DNA from: Mantamonas sphyraenae STR306
Lineage: Eukaryota > Protista > CRuMs
Reading direction: 5' to 3'
Assembly (NCBI GenBank): GCA_026936335.1
Contig: JAPMXV010000071.1
Span: 186,001-250,000 of the forward strand
Length of the DNA stretch: 64,000 bases
A model generated the notes under the pieces. It made no database searches, was not told the origin of the DNA, and worked only from the letters and a program-made list of their open reading frames with translations. How positions within the stretch are numbered: position 1 is the stretch's first letter; the number at the start of each line of letters is the position of its first letter. Positions 44,805-56,712 of this stretch are shown here, one piece after another. The position numbers and the translations under genes were made by a program.

Positions 44805-45920
44805 ATGGACGTGGACATAGACTCATCTGTGCCCATTGTGGCGGAGATGTTTCCCCATGTGCCAGTGGAGATGATCCAGCGCATGGCACAGAGCCTTTCA
44901 CTGGACAGGCTTGTTGACTGGGCCCTGGGAATTGGTGTCAGCCAACAAAGCATCCAAGATACAGTGACCACAGATGTAGATAGAGATAGCCGTGGGATGG
45001 AAGAAGAGGACTTGACAGTGGACGATGGGACGACGTTTCATCAAGAGACGGAATCCGGCGCCGCTGAAGCGGATTCCAGCAGCTCCGGGACAACCATCCA
45101 TGACGTGGAAGAGTGTACAGAGGAGCAGAGTGAGGACATGGGCGTAGTGAGCGATGCCCCAGCAGTGTCAGTGGGCGGCAAAACAGAGTCGGAACATTCC
45201 GAACCCAGTGTGGAAGAGCAGCTGGAACAGGTGCGGAAACAACGCCGCATGGCTTACGAACGGTCCGTCAAGCGCAAAGGACAGGATGTGGAGACACTGC
45301 GTCGCCGGGCAGAGGAGCGAAGCAGCAGGGCAGCAAGCAGCAGCGGAGATCTCGCAGCACTGCGGAGGGAGCAGCACAACAGGTACAGACGGGGAAAGCA
45401 GCGGGAGAAACGCACATTCACCATGGCGGACATTGAAGAGAGGGTTCAGAAGGAGAAGGAGGCGCAGATGGGTCTGGATTGGCACAGCTCGTCGTCGTCC
45501 TCCTCCTCCTCCTCTTCCTCCTCCACCACAAGTGACATGGAACGCATCGGCAGGCAGGCGTTGGAATTGACCAACACATTCCGCAAAGAGAATGGATTGC
45601 CTGCCCTTGCATGGTCCTCCAAGCTGTGCACTGTTGCAGAGGGGCATTCAAGAGACATGGGCACGGGAAAGGTCCCGTTTGGCCACCAGGGGTTCAACAC
45701 ACGTGCTGCAAACTTTGGCTTCTCCCATCGAGGGGCAGGTGAGAATGTGGCCATGTCCAGTGGGGCATCGGATGTCGCCGGCACGGCTGTCCGAGGCTGG
45801 ATCAATTCGCCTGGCCATCGCAAGAATCTCCTCGGTGCCAGCTGGACAGTGTGTGCCATCGGAGTGTTTCAGAATGCCCACGGTGCCTTCTACTCAACCC
45901 AGCTCTTTGCTGCAGCCTAG
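44805..45920 (+). CDS. CAP/SCP-domain protein (YkwD-like) with an N-terminal CUE-like motif
   Basis: LTNTFRKENGLPALAWS..A..HSRDM..FGH..GENVA..WINSPGHRKNLL; N-terminal EMFPHVP motif. Confidence 0.8.
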   Translation: MDVDIDSSVPIVAEMFPHVPVEMIQRMAQSLSLDRLVDWALGIGVSQQSIQDTVTTDVDRDSRGMEEEDLTVDDGTTFHQETESGAAEADSSSSGTTIHDVEECTEEQSEDMGVVSDAPAVSVGGKTESEHSEPSVEEQLEQVRKQRRMAYERSVKRKGQDVETLRRRAEERSSRAASSSGDLAALRREQHNRYRRGKQREKRTFTMADIEERVQKEKEAQMGLDWHSSSSSSSSSSSSSTTSDMERIGRQALELTNTFRKENGLPALAWSSKLCTVAEGHSRDMGTGKVPFGHQGFNTRAANFGFSHRGAGENVAMSSGASDVAGTAVRGWINSPGHRKNLLGASWTVCAIGVFQNAHGAFYSTQLFAAA

Positions 45921-45945
45921 AGGAGGACCCAATCCAAATGAATTT

Positions 45946-48701
45946 TCATTCGTCGCTATCGCTGTCGCTATCGCTGTCGTCATCCTCGTCATCCTCATCC
46001 TCATCCTCATCATCCTCATCATCCTCATCCTCCTCATCCTCATCGCTAAGCTCGAGATCTTGCACCCTGTCCTCATCTCCATCGTCATCATCGTCGCTGA
46101 CTTCCTCATCCTCCTCCTCGTCCTCCTCCTCATCCTCCTCCTCACCCTCCTCATCATCCCCCTCATCTTCCTCCTCCTCATCACCCTCCTCACTCTCCTC
46201 GTCATCCACATCCAAGGGATCATCCGCCTTGGTGGGTACAATGTCATCCTCGTCCGCAACAATGTCATCCACTGCGTCGATCTGTTGCCTGCGCAGCTCA
46301 TCGCCACGCTGCAAATCCTTGTGCAGCCTGTGGATGGGCAGGGCGTTCTCCTGCAGCTTGGTGGCCATAAACTCGCGAGCCTCCTTCACATCGCGCGGCT
46401 TGAAGTTTGCGCCGTTGCGCACCGCGTTGTGCTTCTGCACACTGTCCTCGATGGCCTTGACCAGCAGTCGCACTTGCTTGCGGTGTGTGTTGTTCCGTGC
46501 ACGCTTGGCAAAGCGGCGCAGCTGGACGAGCGTGGGCACTGCCATCTCGCCAAAGGCAATGTTGGTGCGAAGGATGTCGTAGTGCTGAGCCAGCAGCAGC
46601 ACACAACAGTGTACAATCAGATCCTGCACGCTCTTGGTGCGCATGACACTGCTGCCAAACTTGATCAGCTTGCGCTCGTTGAGCTCCTTCTTGGCAACGC
46701 CCACGGGCTTGCGGGCCAGCTCCGCACATTGGAGGGCATCCAGCAGGAACGGAGCCACGGGAATGTACACGCGCGAGGCTTCTGCCAGCTGGTTGAGCAT
46801 GCGCACAATGTTGAAGCGCAGTGGAAAGTACCGTGTGGTGGGGATCACACGCATGGTCGCGGTGCTGATCTGTACAAACGGGTAGATCAGCATGCGCAGC
46901 TCCTCCACATTGGCATAGGTGCTGAGGAACTCGGCCCACAGCTCCAACGAGTTGTAGTACTGCCAATTGTACAGGGTTTGGTATGCCTGCTGCGTCTTGG
47001 CCACCAATGCGTTGCGCAAATGCATGGCCAGCTGGCGGATGAATCCAAACGCATGTTGGTACGCCGCCACAAAGTCCAGGCCGTACAATTCGACCACACA
47101 GTGACGCAGGAAGCGCACACGGTTGCCCTTGCCCACACCCACCGACTTTGCGTTGCGCACGTAGCTCAGGTACGTGTTGCGCAGCACCAGGTCGATAAAG
47201 GGATAGGGCATGGTCAACGCCAGCTCGTGGATGCACAGGAAAGCATCGGCGCCCAGCTTGGCACTCGTCGACCAGATCCCCAGCAGCGTCTTGAGCACCT
47301 TGCGTGCCAGAGGCACAAACTCCTGCATGTAGATGGCCATGTGACGCAGCTGCTGAAGCACCAGCGCAATCATCTGCGTTTCCGTCACGCTGTTGATAAA
47401 CTTGTGCAGATGCGTCAGGTAGGACTTGACCACGTCTTTGATCTTGAACCAACGCTTGTTTTTGCTCGGCACACTCGGGTTGCCGTTGGCCCTGGCTGCC
47501 ACAGAGGCACCACCGCTGCTGTTGCTGGATGACGATGATGATGACGACGATGATTGCATGCTCTGTTGCACCTGCACCCAGATGTCCCTGCCCGTGACCA
47601 CCTCCTCGTCGGGAAACACGTACGCGTGGAAGGCATGGTGCATGTTTGTGAGACAGGAGAGCATGACACGTGAGTACACCGCGGGGCTCATGATCTTCAG
47701 CTTCATGTCGCTGGTGCCCACGTCGTCGCCACCCTCGGCCACACGACAGGCCATGCGGAAGGCACCCACCACCTGTTTGATGCCCTTCAAACTCAACGTC
47801 TCAAACGCATGTGTTTCCATCTCACCAAACATGGCTGTGGTCAGCACATTGCCCTTGAGAGCAGAGCGCACATCCTCTGCGTCCTCTTCATCCTCGTGCT
47901 CCTCACCATCCTCATCCTCATCCTCATCTCCCTTGCCACCAGCCAATTCCGCCTCCTCTGCCGCTTCGTTTGCTTCCAACGACTGCAACAGCGCAGGGTC
48001 GTTCTTTTGCAGAAAGGCAAAGAACTCCGGGTCGCTCTTCTTCAACTCCTCCAGATTGGCTCGTCCAGCCTCCACCTCTTCCTCCAGCTGTGCTGTCTCT
48101 GCATCCATCCCATCCTCGTCGTCGTCTTCCTCCTCCACCTCCTTGCCCTTGTTTCCCTTCTTCTTGCCCTTTCTATCCTTCTTTCCCTTTGTGCGCTTCT
48201 TTGTGCGTCGCGGCTCCTCGTCGTCGCTCTCGTCTTCGCTCAGCCCGTCGTCCTCCTCGTCCAAGAAGCCACCGTCCAGCAGATTGTCCAGCGTCATCTC
48301 CTCCACCTTCTTCCTCTTTTCTCTGTGCAAGGTGTGCGTGGGTGCAATGAGATGGATTGGCATCATCCCGCACGGTCAGCATCCCAGTCCGTCCGTCGTC
48401 GCACATGCATCACCCAGCCAACCGCCTCCCCATGTTCCCCAACGCCTCCCACATCCTTCTGTACGCGGAATATACATGGACACTTGTGTGTCTGTATCCT
48501 CCTCTGCGCTTGTATCGCTTACCTCACTGTGGATGCCTGCACAAGCGATTCCGGCAACAGCTCTTCTTCGTCGTCCAACTTGGCCGGCGTCCTGTCCAGC
48601 TGCCTGTTCGAACCGGGCGTATCCTTGGACAACCGGAACTCGTTGCTCTTTTTCGCTGTGCATGTGACCCAAAGCAGGACCACGTGTGTGTGTGTGTGTG
48701 T

Positions 48702-48734
<33 letters not shown>

Positions 48735-48893
48735 TCAGCCGTGTGTTTTGCAATTGTCCGCCTGGGTTGATCTCCCCACCCACTCACCGTGTTTGACCAC
48801 TTCCCGTCGCTTCTTCAGCTTCATGCGGCGCCTCCGCTCCAGATCGGGCTTCAGCTTCTTTGCCACATACTTCTTTGTCGACTTTTTGACCAT
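45946..48893 (-). CDS. NOC2L: Nucleolar complex protein 2 (3 exons)
   Basis: KKSTKKY N-terminus, LKKSDPEFFAFLQKNDPALL, YQHAFGFIRQLAMHLRNA, YNWQY, YFPLRF, IAFGEMAVP; acidic tail. Confidence 0.92.
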
Positions 48894-49089
48894 GACGCGT
48901 GGGTGGAGAAGGGGGTGTTGGCTCCTGCTGCGCTTTGGGGTGTGTGTGTGTGTGTGCGTGTGTGTGACTGTGTGCATCCACTCTCACCATTCAGTTCCAC
49001 CTCCCACTCCCTTCCCTTTCCTTGCTCCCATTCCGTCTTGTGTTCACATACACACCCTCCCCCCGTCGTACCCAGCCCAACACACGAGC

Positions 49090-50106
49090 ATGTCGACCGC
49101 TGTTGTTACAGACATCATCTCGGAGATCAACCCGTACTCCTGGGCGGGTATGGGCATTGGCATGGCTGTGGGCCTGTCCATCCTTGGAGCGGCTTGGTAA
49201 GAGTCCGCCAATACCAGATCCCCCCCTCACACACACACACGCACACTCGCAGCTCGCTCACACACCCTTCCCACGTGCACCACACAGGGGTATCTTCACC
49301 ACGGGCTCCTCGCTCATTGGTGCAGCAGTGCGCACAGAAAAGATTTTCACCAAGAACCTTGTCAGGTAGGCCCAGGGTGGAGCGTGCTTGCCTTTGGAAA
49401 TCCACGGGCGTCTGGCCGAATGAATGCGCCAGGGTCTCCGCGGCCGCCCACACGTCACTGACCCGCCTGTGCGCCCCACCGCCATTGCCACCCGCGCAGT
49501 ATTGTTTTCTGCGAAGCATCCGCCATCCTCGGTGTCATCATGGGCATCATTCTGCAGAACAAGGTGGAGTTGTCAGACGCCGCGCCCAACAACCTCGCCT
49601 TCTACTCGGGCTACGTCCTCTTTGCCGCCGGTCTCATCGCCGGTCTCGCCAATCTCTTTGCTGGGTATGTATTGCTGCCTTTGGCTCTGTCCCTCTTGTC
49701 TCCTTCCCTCCCCTCCGCCTGCCTCTCTGCCCGTCACCGTCCCCGTCCCCGTCCACGTGAAAGCCGCCGAATTTCCCTCCCTCTCTCTACGCTCCGCCTC
49801 AAAACCCAACTAACACGGCCCCTGCCCGCTGGTGGGCCCGCTTGTCGCTCCCGCACCCACACCCTTGCCGCCGCGTGTGTATCTGCTGACCCAACCAACC
49901 GCGGTATTGCGTGTCTGTGTGTGTCTTGTGTGTGTTGCACCCGCAGTATGTGTGTGGGCATCGTCGGATCCGCCTGCGCCCTCGCCGACGCACAGAACAA
50001 CACCCTCTTTGTCAAGATCCTCATCGTCGAGATCTTTGGCTCCGCCGTCGGACTCTTTGGCATCATTGTTAGCATTGTCGTTGCCAGCCAAGCCAAGTTT
50101 GCATAA
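49090..50106 (+). CDS. ATP6V0B: V-ATPase 21 kDa proteolipid subunit c'' (4 exons)
   Basis: GLSILGAAW/GIFTTGSSLIGAAV..KNLVS/IVFCEA..; KILIVEIFGSAVGLFGIIV. Confidence 0.93.
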
Positions 50107-50154
50107 AAACAACACCGTTTCACCCAATCCAAACCTCGCAAACAACACCCCACG

Positions 50155-51411
50155 ATGATTGCACGTGTCCTTGTCCTCCTTCTCGTTTCTGCTCTGTGCC
50201 TGGCGGCTCCGGCCACCAACACCGATCTGGTATGTTGTGTTGAGTGGCCTCTTGGGACGCCGTTGCAAAGCGCGCCCCCTTTTTCCGCATCCTCGCTGAC
50301 TCTGTCGCCGCTGCCGCTGTGGTGGACGCACGTGTGTGCACATGCATCGCTGCACGGACCTTGCCTGTGCCTCTTTGTCCCTCACATGGGTGCGTGACGG
50401 ATGGACTGTGTGCAGATCAACCAGAACAACAACGCCAATATCATCAACAACGGCGTGGTCACCAGCGCCTACGGTAGCGCCCCCGGCTACCTCTCCACCG
50501 AGACCAACTGGCCCACCAGGTGGACTTCCAACGAGGCTATTGTAGGTTTCCGCACACTTCACATGCGTCATGCACACGTTTCCGCAACTCCCGGCTGTTG
50601 CAGACGCCTGTGAACATCGTCGCCGGATGCTTTTCATCCTCGACCTGCGACCCTCTCGCCTACCCGGCCCTTGTGTGTCGCATGCAGCACAGCTGCATTC
50701 ATACTCCACATTCCACTGCATGCATGTGTGCATGTACCACATGTTCCAGCCCCCGATGACCCTCGAGCGATGTCGTAGCGATCGTCAGCTCGTGTAGAGT
50801 CGGAGTGTTTTTTCAGCACGGTGGACGGTGGAAACCACGACGCGCGAAATGCTCCTCGCTGCACCCATACACACACACACACACACATCCACTCACGCCC
50901 CGTTGTTTCGCACGCCACAGACCTACGAGACCACCACCAACATCACTGTCAACCCTGGCAACGCTGCTCTGATCCCCCGCTTCACCGACGGTGAGACGGA
51001 AACCCCCAGTGGCAACTCGGTGCAGGTCAACCAGCCCATGCCCTGGAACGTCAACTTCCAGTGCAACGCTGCCCAGGACTCTCCCGCCCAGTTTGTCACC
51101 ACCATCAAGCTCAGGCCCACCAACGGCGGCAACGCCTATGACAGTAAGTTGGCCTTTTGCATTGCTCCCAGTGTGTGTGTGTCTCTCCCTCTCTCTCTCT
51201 CTGCCTTGTACTCATTCGTCCATGCCCATCCCCCCCCCCCCACCTCCCTTTCCCACCCACAGCCCAGGTCATCTACTACCGCCATCAGTGCACCGGCAGC
51301 AACCAGGACACCGGCAACACGACCCCGAAGAACAGCGCCGCCTCTTCCGTTGTCGTCAACCTGGCCGTCCTTCTGGCCACTATCTTTGCCGCCGTCGCCC
51401 TCATGCACTAA
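50155..51411 (+). CDS. Secreted, possibly GPI-anchored small Asn/Thr-rich protein (multi-exon)
   Basis: Signal peptide MIARVLVLLLVSALCLA; exons ~50155-50229, 50416-50540, 50921-51144, 51263-51411; hydrophobic C-terminal tail after NSAAS. Confidence 0.55.
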
Positions 51412-51482
51412 GCAACCGGTCAACCAATGAAAGGAATGATGAAGCAAAAGCGTTGGTTTTCCATTGTGGTTCGATGAAGCGC

Positions 51483-52929
51483 TTAGAGCTCGTCCTTGAG
51501 CGAGTCCAGCTTCTCGTCGCGCTCACCATCCTTGGCATCGTCCTTGGGCTTGGCATCCTCGGCAGCCTTGGCCTTGGCAGCCTCCTCATCCTTGACCTTC
51601 TGCTCGGCGGCCTTCTCGGCAGCCTGGCGCTTCAGCAGTGCCTCGGCCTCCGACTCGGCGTCGGCCACGTTGTCGCTGATCAGCACGTTGTCAAAGATGG
51701 AGCCCGACTTGACCTGCCACAGGTCGAAGCCCACAAAGGACATGTTGGGGTACAGGTACAGATCCTTCTCCTCCTTGAAATCCGGGTTGTCGATCTCCGG
51801 GTGCACCCACTCGCCCTTGTAGTCCGGGTTCGGGATCATCTTGGGCTTCCACTCGCCCTTGTACTCCGGGTTGTCGATCATGGGTGCCTCCCACTCTCCG
51901 TCGTCCTCGTCATCCCAGTCCTCGGGCTTCTTGGCCTCCGGATCCGGAATCGTCGCTGGGATGTCGTCCCAGCCCTCGGGCTTCTTGTCCTCCGGGTCGG
52001 CAATCTCCTTCTCGTCCACCCAATCGGCAGGCTTCGACTTGCTCGGGTCCTTGATCTTGCGCGGCTGCAGGAAAGCCCAGTCCTCGCTCAGCTTGCCGCT
52101 GGCCTTCTTTTCGTTGTCGATCTTCACCTCGTAGGTGTCGTCCGAGTGCAGGATGAACGTGTACACGTGCGTGTACGTGTCCGCAGGCGGCTGCGTCTGC
52201 TCCGTCTTCTTCCAGTCGTAGTTCTTGCCGTTGCGGTTCAGGATGAAGTGGACCTTCTTGCTTGCGCCACACTGATCCGGGCCGGCCATGATCAGGTAGT
52301 CAGAGTCGCCGTTGAAGTCCTTCTGGTCCGTGCCCGTGGGCAGCACCTTGACGTAGCCGCCACCGCAGTCGATGTTCTGCTCGTGCTTCACAGAGAACTG
52401 CAGCACAAGATCCTTGCCCTCGTTGCTCAGCTCCTTGCCGATAGCAGCCGAAATGGCGTAGTTCTTGGCATCCTGCGACGTGTGCAGGCCTGCAGTGTGT
52501 GTGCACAATCACATACGTCATTTCCGTGTGGGTCTGCGCGTCAGCATACGCCTTCCATGGCCTCCGGTGTGTTTTTTGTCCCGAGAGAGGGTTTCCGCAT
52601 TTGTCCCTTCTCGCGCCCCTCGCCACAAAACTCACCTGCGTCCTCCACCTCGTCCTCAAAGTACTTGCCGGCAGTCACATCCCACTTGCCGTAGTCCGCC
52701 TTGTGCTCGCTGTCCACCCAGCGGTCACGCCAGCCGTCTGTGTGTGCGTTGTGCAGCCCCGCACGTGCGTTTGACGTCAGCACAAAGTCGGAAAACGGAA
52801 ATACACGGCGCACACGCGTCTGCCTCTACACACGGACACACACAACCCACCATTGAACTTCTCCGAGTACAGCACCTCTGCCTGTGCCACAGCAATCACA
52901 ATCAGCAGGAAAAAAGCAGTCTTGGACAT
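51483..52929 (-). CDS. CALR: Calreticulin (3 exons)
   Basis: KHEQNIDCGGGYVK, IMAGPDQC, P-domain repeats KPEDWD/GEWKP, DLWQVKSGSIFDN, C-terminal KDEL. Confidence 0.96.
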
Positions 52930-52986
52930 CGTTGATGTGTTTCAAAAAGTTTTCGTTCTGCTGCATCGCGGAGCGCAGCTGCACTG

Positions 52987-55252
52987 TCACACAGGAAACT
53001 CCTCATCCTCATCCGCGTCCTCCACATCCCCGTGCTCCACCGCCCTCCCACTGACCTGCCTCCCGTGAGTGTCCCCATGCTCCACATGCTGATTCGTGTG
53101 CTGCTGAGCCACCACGGGGGCGGTCTCGTACACCACGTCGTCGTCGGCCATGCCCCCACCGCCTTTCACACGCATGCTCACTGTCTCCCTGCCCTCCTCA
53201 TGGTACTGCAGGCTGCCTTTGTCAAACAAGAGGGGCACCTGGCCCACCTCGCCGTCGTATCTGTTCTTGGTGACCTCGAGAAAGAGCGGCGCCTTGCCTC
53301 GCGCCCCACCCCGCTGCATGATCATCACATTGTCAGCCTCCTGTGTGGCCTTGGCCGTGCCAAACACAGAACTCGTTGTCAGCGGACTGTTGGGATCCTC
53401 CTTGCGCGGGTGGATCACCAGCGAGATGTGCACGTTCTTGGCGCTGGCAAACTTGCGAAACTGCTGGATCGCGTCGTCCTGCATGTCAAAGCGCTCAAAT
53501 CCCTTGCCCTGGCCACTCAACATGAACTGCAGGTTGTCCAGCAGGATGTGTTCCACGTCGTACACGTACACCGCGTACTCCATCGCATCCAAAACCTTGT
53601 CCACGCCCGTGGAGCCAAAGAAGCGCAGAAAGTACAATGGCAGCATTGCAAACTCGTCGGCCACCGCATCAAACAGCTCCTGTTGGCCCTCCAGCGTCTC
53701 GCCCGCATACTGCGTCAACATCTTTTTCGCCAGCCGCGTGTTCTTGATCTCAAACGAACCCCACAGCGTCTGCACTCCCTGCCTGGCCAGATCCAGGCTG
53801 ATTTGCGACAGGAGTGTGGTCTTGCCCACTCCCGTGGGTCCCGTAAAGATGGTCAGTTCGCCCTTGCGATGGCCCTTGATGAGTTTGTTCAGCCCAGGCA
53901 ACGTTTCCCCCTGCACCCCTGCCACCTGCTCCGGGTGCATGATCTCCAGTGCAATCTCGTCGCGAAGCTTGTCAAACGTTAGGATTTCCTTGTGCGGCAT
54001 GGGCTGTGCACGCTCAATCATCCGCCCCAAGTCCAGTCCCATGCGCAGGGCGTCGTTGGCATCTTTTGCTCCACTGCGATCCTCCATGTTCACAATCAGG
54101 GTCCTGTCCACACCCAGCTTCTTGGCAAACTTCTGGGCCCCCTCTTGGCCCGGGATGTCGTTGTCCATCCACAGGTAGATGCGCCGAAAGCGTTCCAATT
54201 GCGGCAGCAGTTCAATGGGCAAGGAGCCCGCTCCGTTGGGCAACGACACTGCAGGCAACCCTGTGGCCTGATGCACAGCCATGGCATCAAACTCACCTTC
54301 CGTCAACACCAGTTCTGTGGCCGATTCGTCCACGGTGTGCCACCCAAACATGCCCCACTGGCCACCCGCAGGCTGTGTGCGCTGCAAGCCTTTGTTGTCC
54401 AGCGAACGCACCTTGACTCGCTTCACCACCTCCCCTTCCACCCATGGGAACACCATACACTTGTGTGTGCGCCATTCGTTGCTCTCGGGATCCTGGAACC
54501 GTCGTGTCGTCGCCCCCACCCGGTATTTCCGCAACACTTCCTCACTCAGACTCCGCTGTGTCTGCACATAGGGTCTCGCCAACTGTCAGCTCATCCGGCT
54601 TGTCCATCGCACACAAACACACACACACTCACACATGCACACACGTCGCTGCCCTCGCACCACTCACCTTGTCCTTGCCTGTAAGATACGTACGCACGTC
54701 TGCAAATTCGTCCGTGCCCAGCTGCTGTTCGGCCGCCACAAGCTCCTCCTTGGGAAACACCTTGGCCAATTGTGCTCCGTCGGCGCCTTTGTCACCGTGG
54801 GACACCCCCTGGCGTGCATCCACACTGCTTCCAGTGATGCTGGCCCCGCTCTCGGCAAGGCTGTCGACTTGCACACCGCCCAAGTCGCCCATGAGCCGCT
54901 TGAAATCAAACCACGACCCTTTGCTGGAACAGCGGTGGCAATAGTATGCGCCGGAATGCTTGTTCACATACAACTTCCACAGGTTGTCATACCGCTGCCG
55001 TGTGTTTTTGCACCCTGGGCAGCTCTTGAGCACCACTTCGTCCAGGGTTTTGCTCTGGAACGCCGCCCCCTTGCGCTTCAGATACGCCGTCACTTCGCCG
55101 TCCTGAAGACGGAATCCCGTGCTTGTGTATGTGCTCATGTGCCGACGTGTGCCCGCGTGCATGCCTGTGTTGTTGTCGACACGAAGCAGCCCTTGACATC
55201 GCTGCACCACCGCTGCCGCCGCAGGCGCCGTGGCCCCAGCTCGTGTCCTCAT
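52987..55252 (-). CDS. TWNK: Twinkle mitochondrial primase-helicase (T7 gp4-like)
   Basis: Zn-binding CPGC..CHRC, TOPRIM TEGEFDAM/WMDND/KDANDAL, helicase GPTGVGKTT, ILLDNLQF, VIHPRK, KNRYDG; one intron ~54666-54563; Arg-rich N-terminus; start uncertain. Confidence 0.92.
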
Positions 55253-55545
55253 CTGCAGTGCTCTCCTTTCCACCGTTGTGTGAAGTGGGTGTGTGTGTGT
55301 CACGCATGTGCTGCTGCTGCTGCTCCTGCTGCTGCTCCGGCTGCTGTGCACGCTCACTCCATGTCTCGAGCAGGCAGCACGCAGCACAGCGACCCCGGCA
55401 CGTGAACGCTGCTTTCCCGAGGTGCCCATATACCCTGTGCACCCGGCCACTGTCCGTCGTGTTGTCACCCGCACAAACATGAGTTGGTGTTGGTTTGCCT
55501 GCCCGAGCCGGGGCAGCGAATCGAGAACTGAACAAGTCTTTGCTG

Positions 55546-56712
55546 ATGTCCTCCACAGAGGAAGAACACACGTCGCAGGCTCAGGAGCAAGAGCAAGAGA
55601 CGAGAGAAGAGCAGGAGAAGGATGGTGATGGTTCAGCAGACAAGATGGAGGAGGAAGAGGCGTCGGACAACAAGCGCAAGGCGTACGGCTACCTGCAGCG
55701 GACGATTACCATCGACGAGATCCCCACACACGACGAGAACGGCGAAGCGTACTCCAAGTCCCGACGCAAGAAGATGCTGCGCGAGAAGCGACGCAAGCTG
55801 GCAAACAAACACCAGCGCAAGCTGCAACTGGAAAAGAAGAAGCAGAAGCGGAAGGAGATGGCGGAGCGAGTGGAGGCGGGCGATCCGGAAGCCATTGCCG
55901 CACGGGAGGAGCGACTGCGATTGACCGCGCTGAAGCGACGACGTGTGGAAGAGGTGCAGTACGCAGACATGACGGTGTGCATCGACCTTGACTACCAGCA
56001 GTACATGAGCGAGAAGGATCTGAACAGCCTGCGGACGCAGCTGTCGCGTGCATACGCAACCAATCGGATGCAAGAGAAGCCACTGCACCTGCACTTTACC
56101 AGCTACGAGGGCAAACTCAAGCAGATCATGATGGAGAGTGCATTCAACCACACGGTGAGCTCGGACGCCTTTTGCACCTTCCACGAGGGTCACTTTGCCA
56201 ACCAGTGGCCCAAGACCTCCCTGGTGTACCTCACCAGCGATGCCACAGACGTAATGACCACAGTGGATCCCAACGCAGTGTACATCATCGGCGGTCTGGT
56301 GGACCACAACAAGCACAAGCTGCTCTCGCTGAATCGTGCTCGGGAGCTGGGCATCCGCTACCAACAACTGCCCATTGGCGAGTACATCCACATGGCCAGT
56401 CGCAAGGTGTTGGCAGTCAACCATGTGTTTGATGTGCTGGCCAACTTTGTTGCCTCGGGCGACTGGAAGGAGGCCTTTTTCAAGGTCATCCCACAGCGCA
56501 AACTCGAGGAGAATGGAGGCGCCACGTGGACCACCGATGGCTCAAAGGTGATGGCCAGCTCCAGTGGCAGCGATGGAGACAGGCAAGAGGATGAGGATGA
56601 GAGGGACGAGGAGGACGAGGAGGAAGACGGTGCGATGGTGGAGGCAACTGCCTCCTCAAGCTCCGCTTCCACTTCCACTTCCACAGGTGCAAGTGAGGTG
56701 CAGGTGTCATGA
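55546..56712 (+). CDS. TRMT10A: tRNA m1G9 methyltransferase TRM10
   Basis: IDLDYQQYMSEKD, LVYLTSDA, YIIGGLVDHN, LPIGEYI..RKVLAVNHVF, DWKEAFFKVIPQRK. Confidence 0.92.
   Translation: MSSTEEEHTSQAQEQEQETREEQEKDGDGSADKMEEEEASDNKRKAYGYLQRTITIDEIPTHDENGEAYSKSRRKKMLREKRRKLANKHQRKLQLEKKKQKRKEMAERVEAGDPEAIAAREERLRLTALKRRRVEEVQYADMTVCIDLDYQQYMSEKDLNSLRTQLSRAYATNRMQEKPLHLHFTSYEGKLKQIMMESAFNHTVSSDAFCTFHEGHFANQWPKTSLVYLTSDATDVMTTVDPNAVYIIGGLVDHNKHKLLSLNRARELGIRYQQLPIGEYIHMASRKVLAVNHVFDVLANFVASGDWKEAFFKVIPQRKLEENGGATWTTDGSKVMASSSGSDGDRQEDEDERDEEDEEEDGAMVEATASSSSASTSTSTGASEVQVS

Noticed and set aside
45946-46210. Trinucleotide and hexamer repeats as independent elements
   Set aside because: They simply encode poly-Asp/Glu/Ser/Gly low-complexity tracts within CDSs.
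52987-55252. Prophage or viral primase-helicase
   Set aside because: It contains an intron and a mitochondrial-targeting-like N-terminus, and it sits among housekeeping genes, so it is an ordinary nuclear Twinkle.
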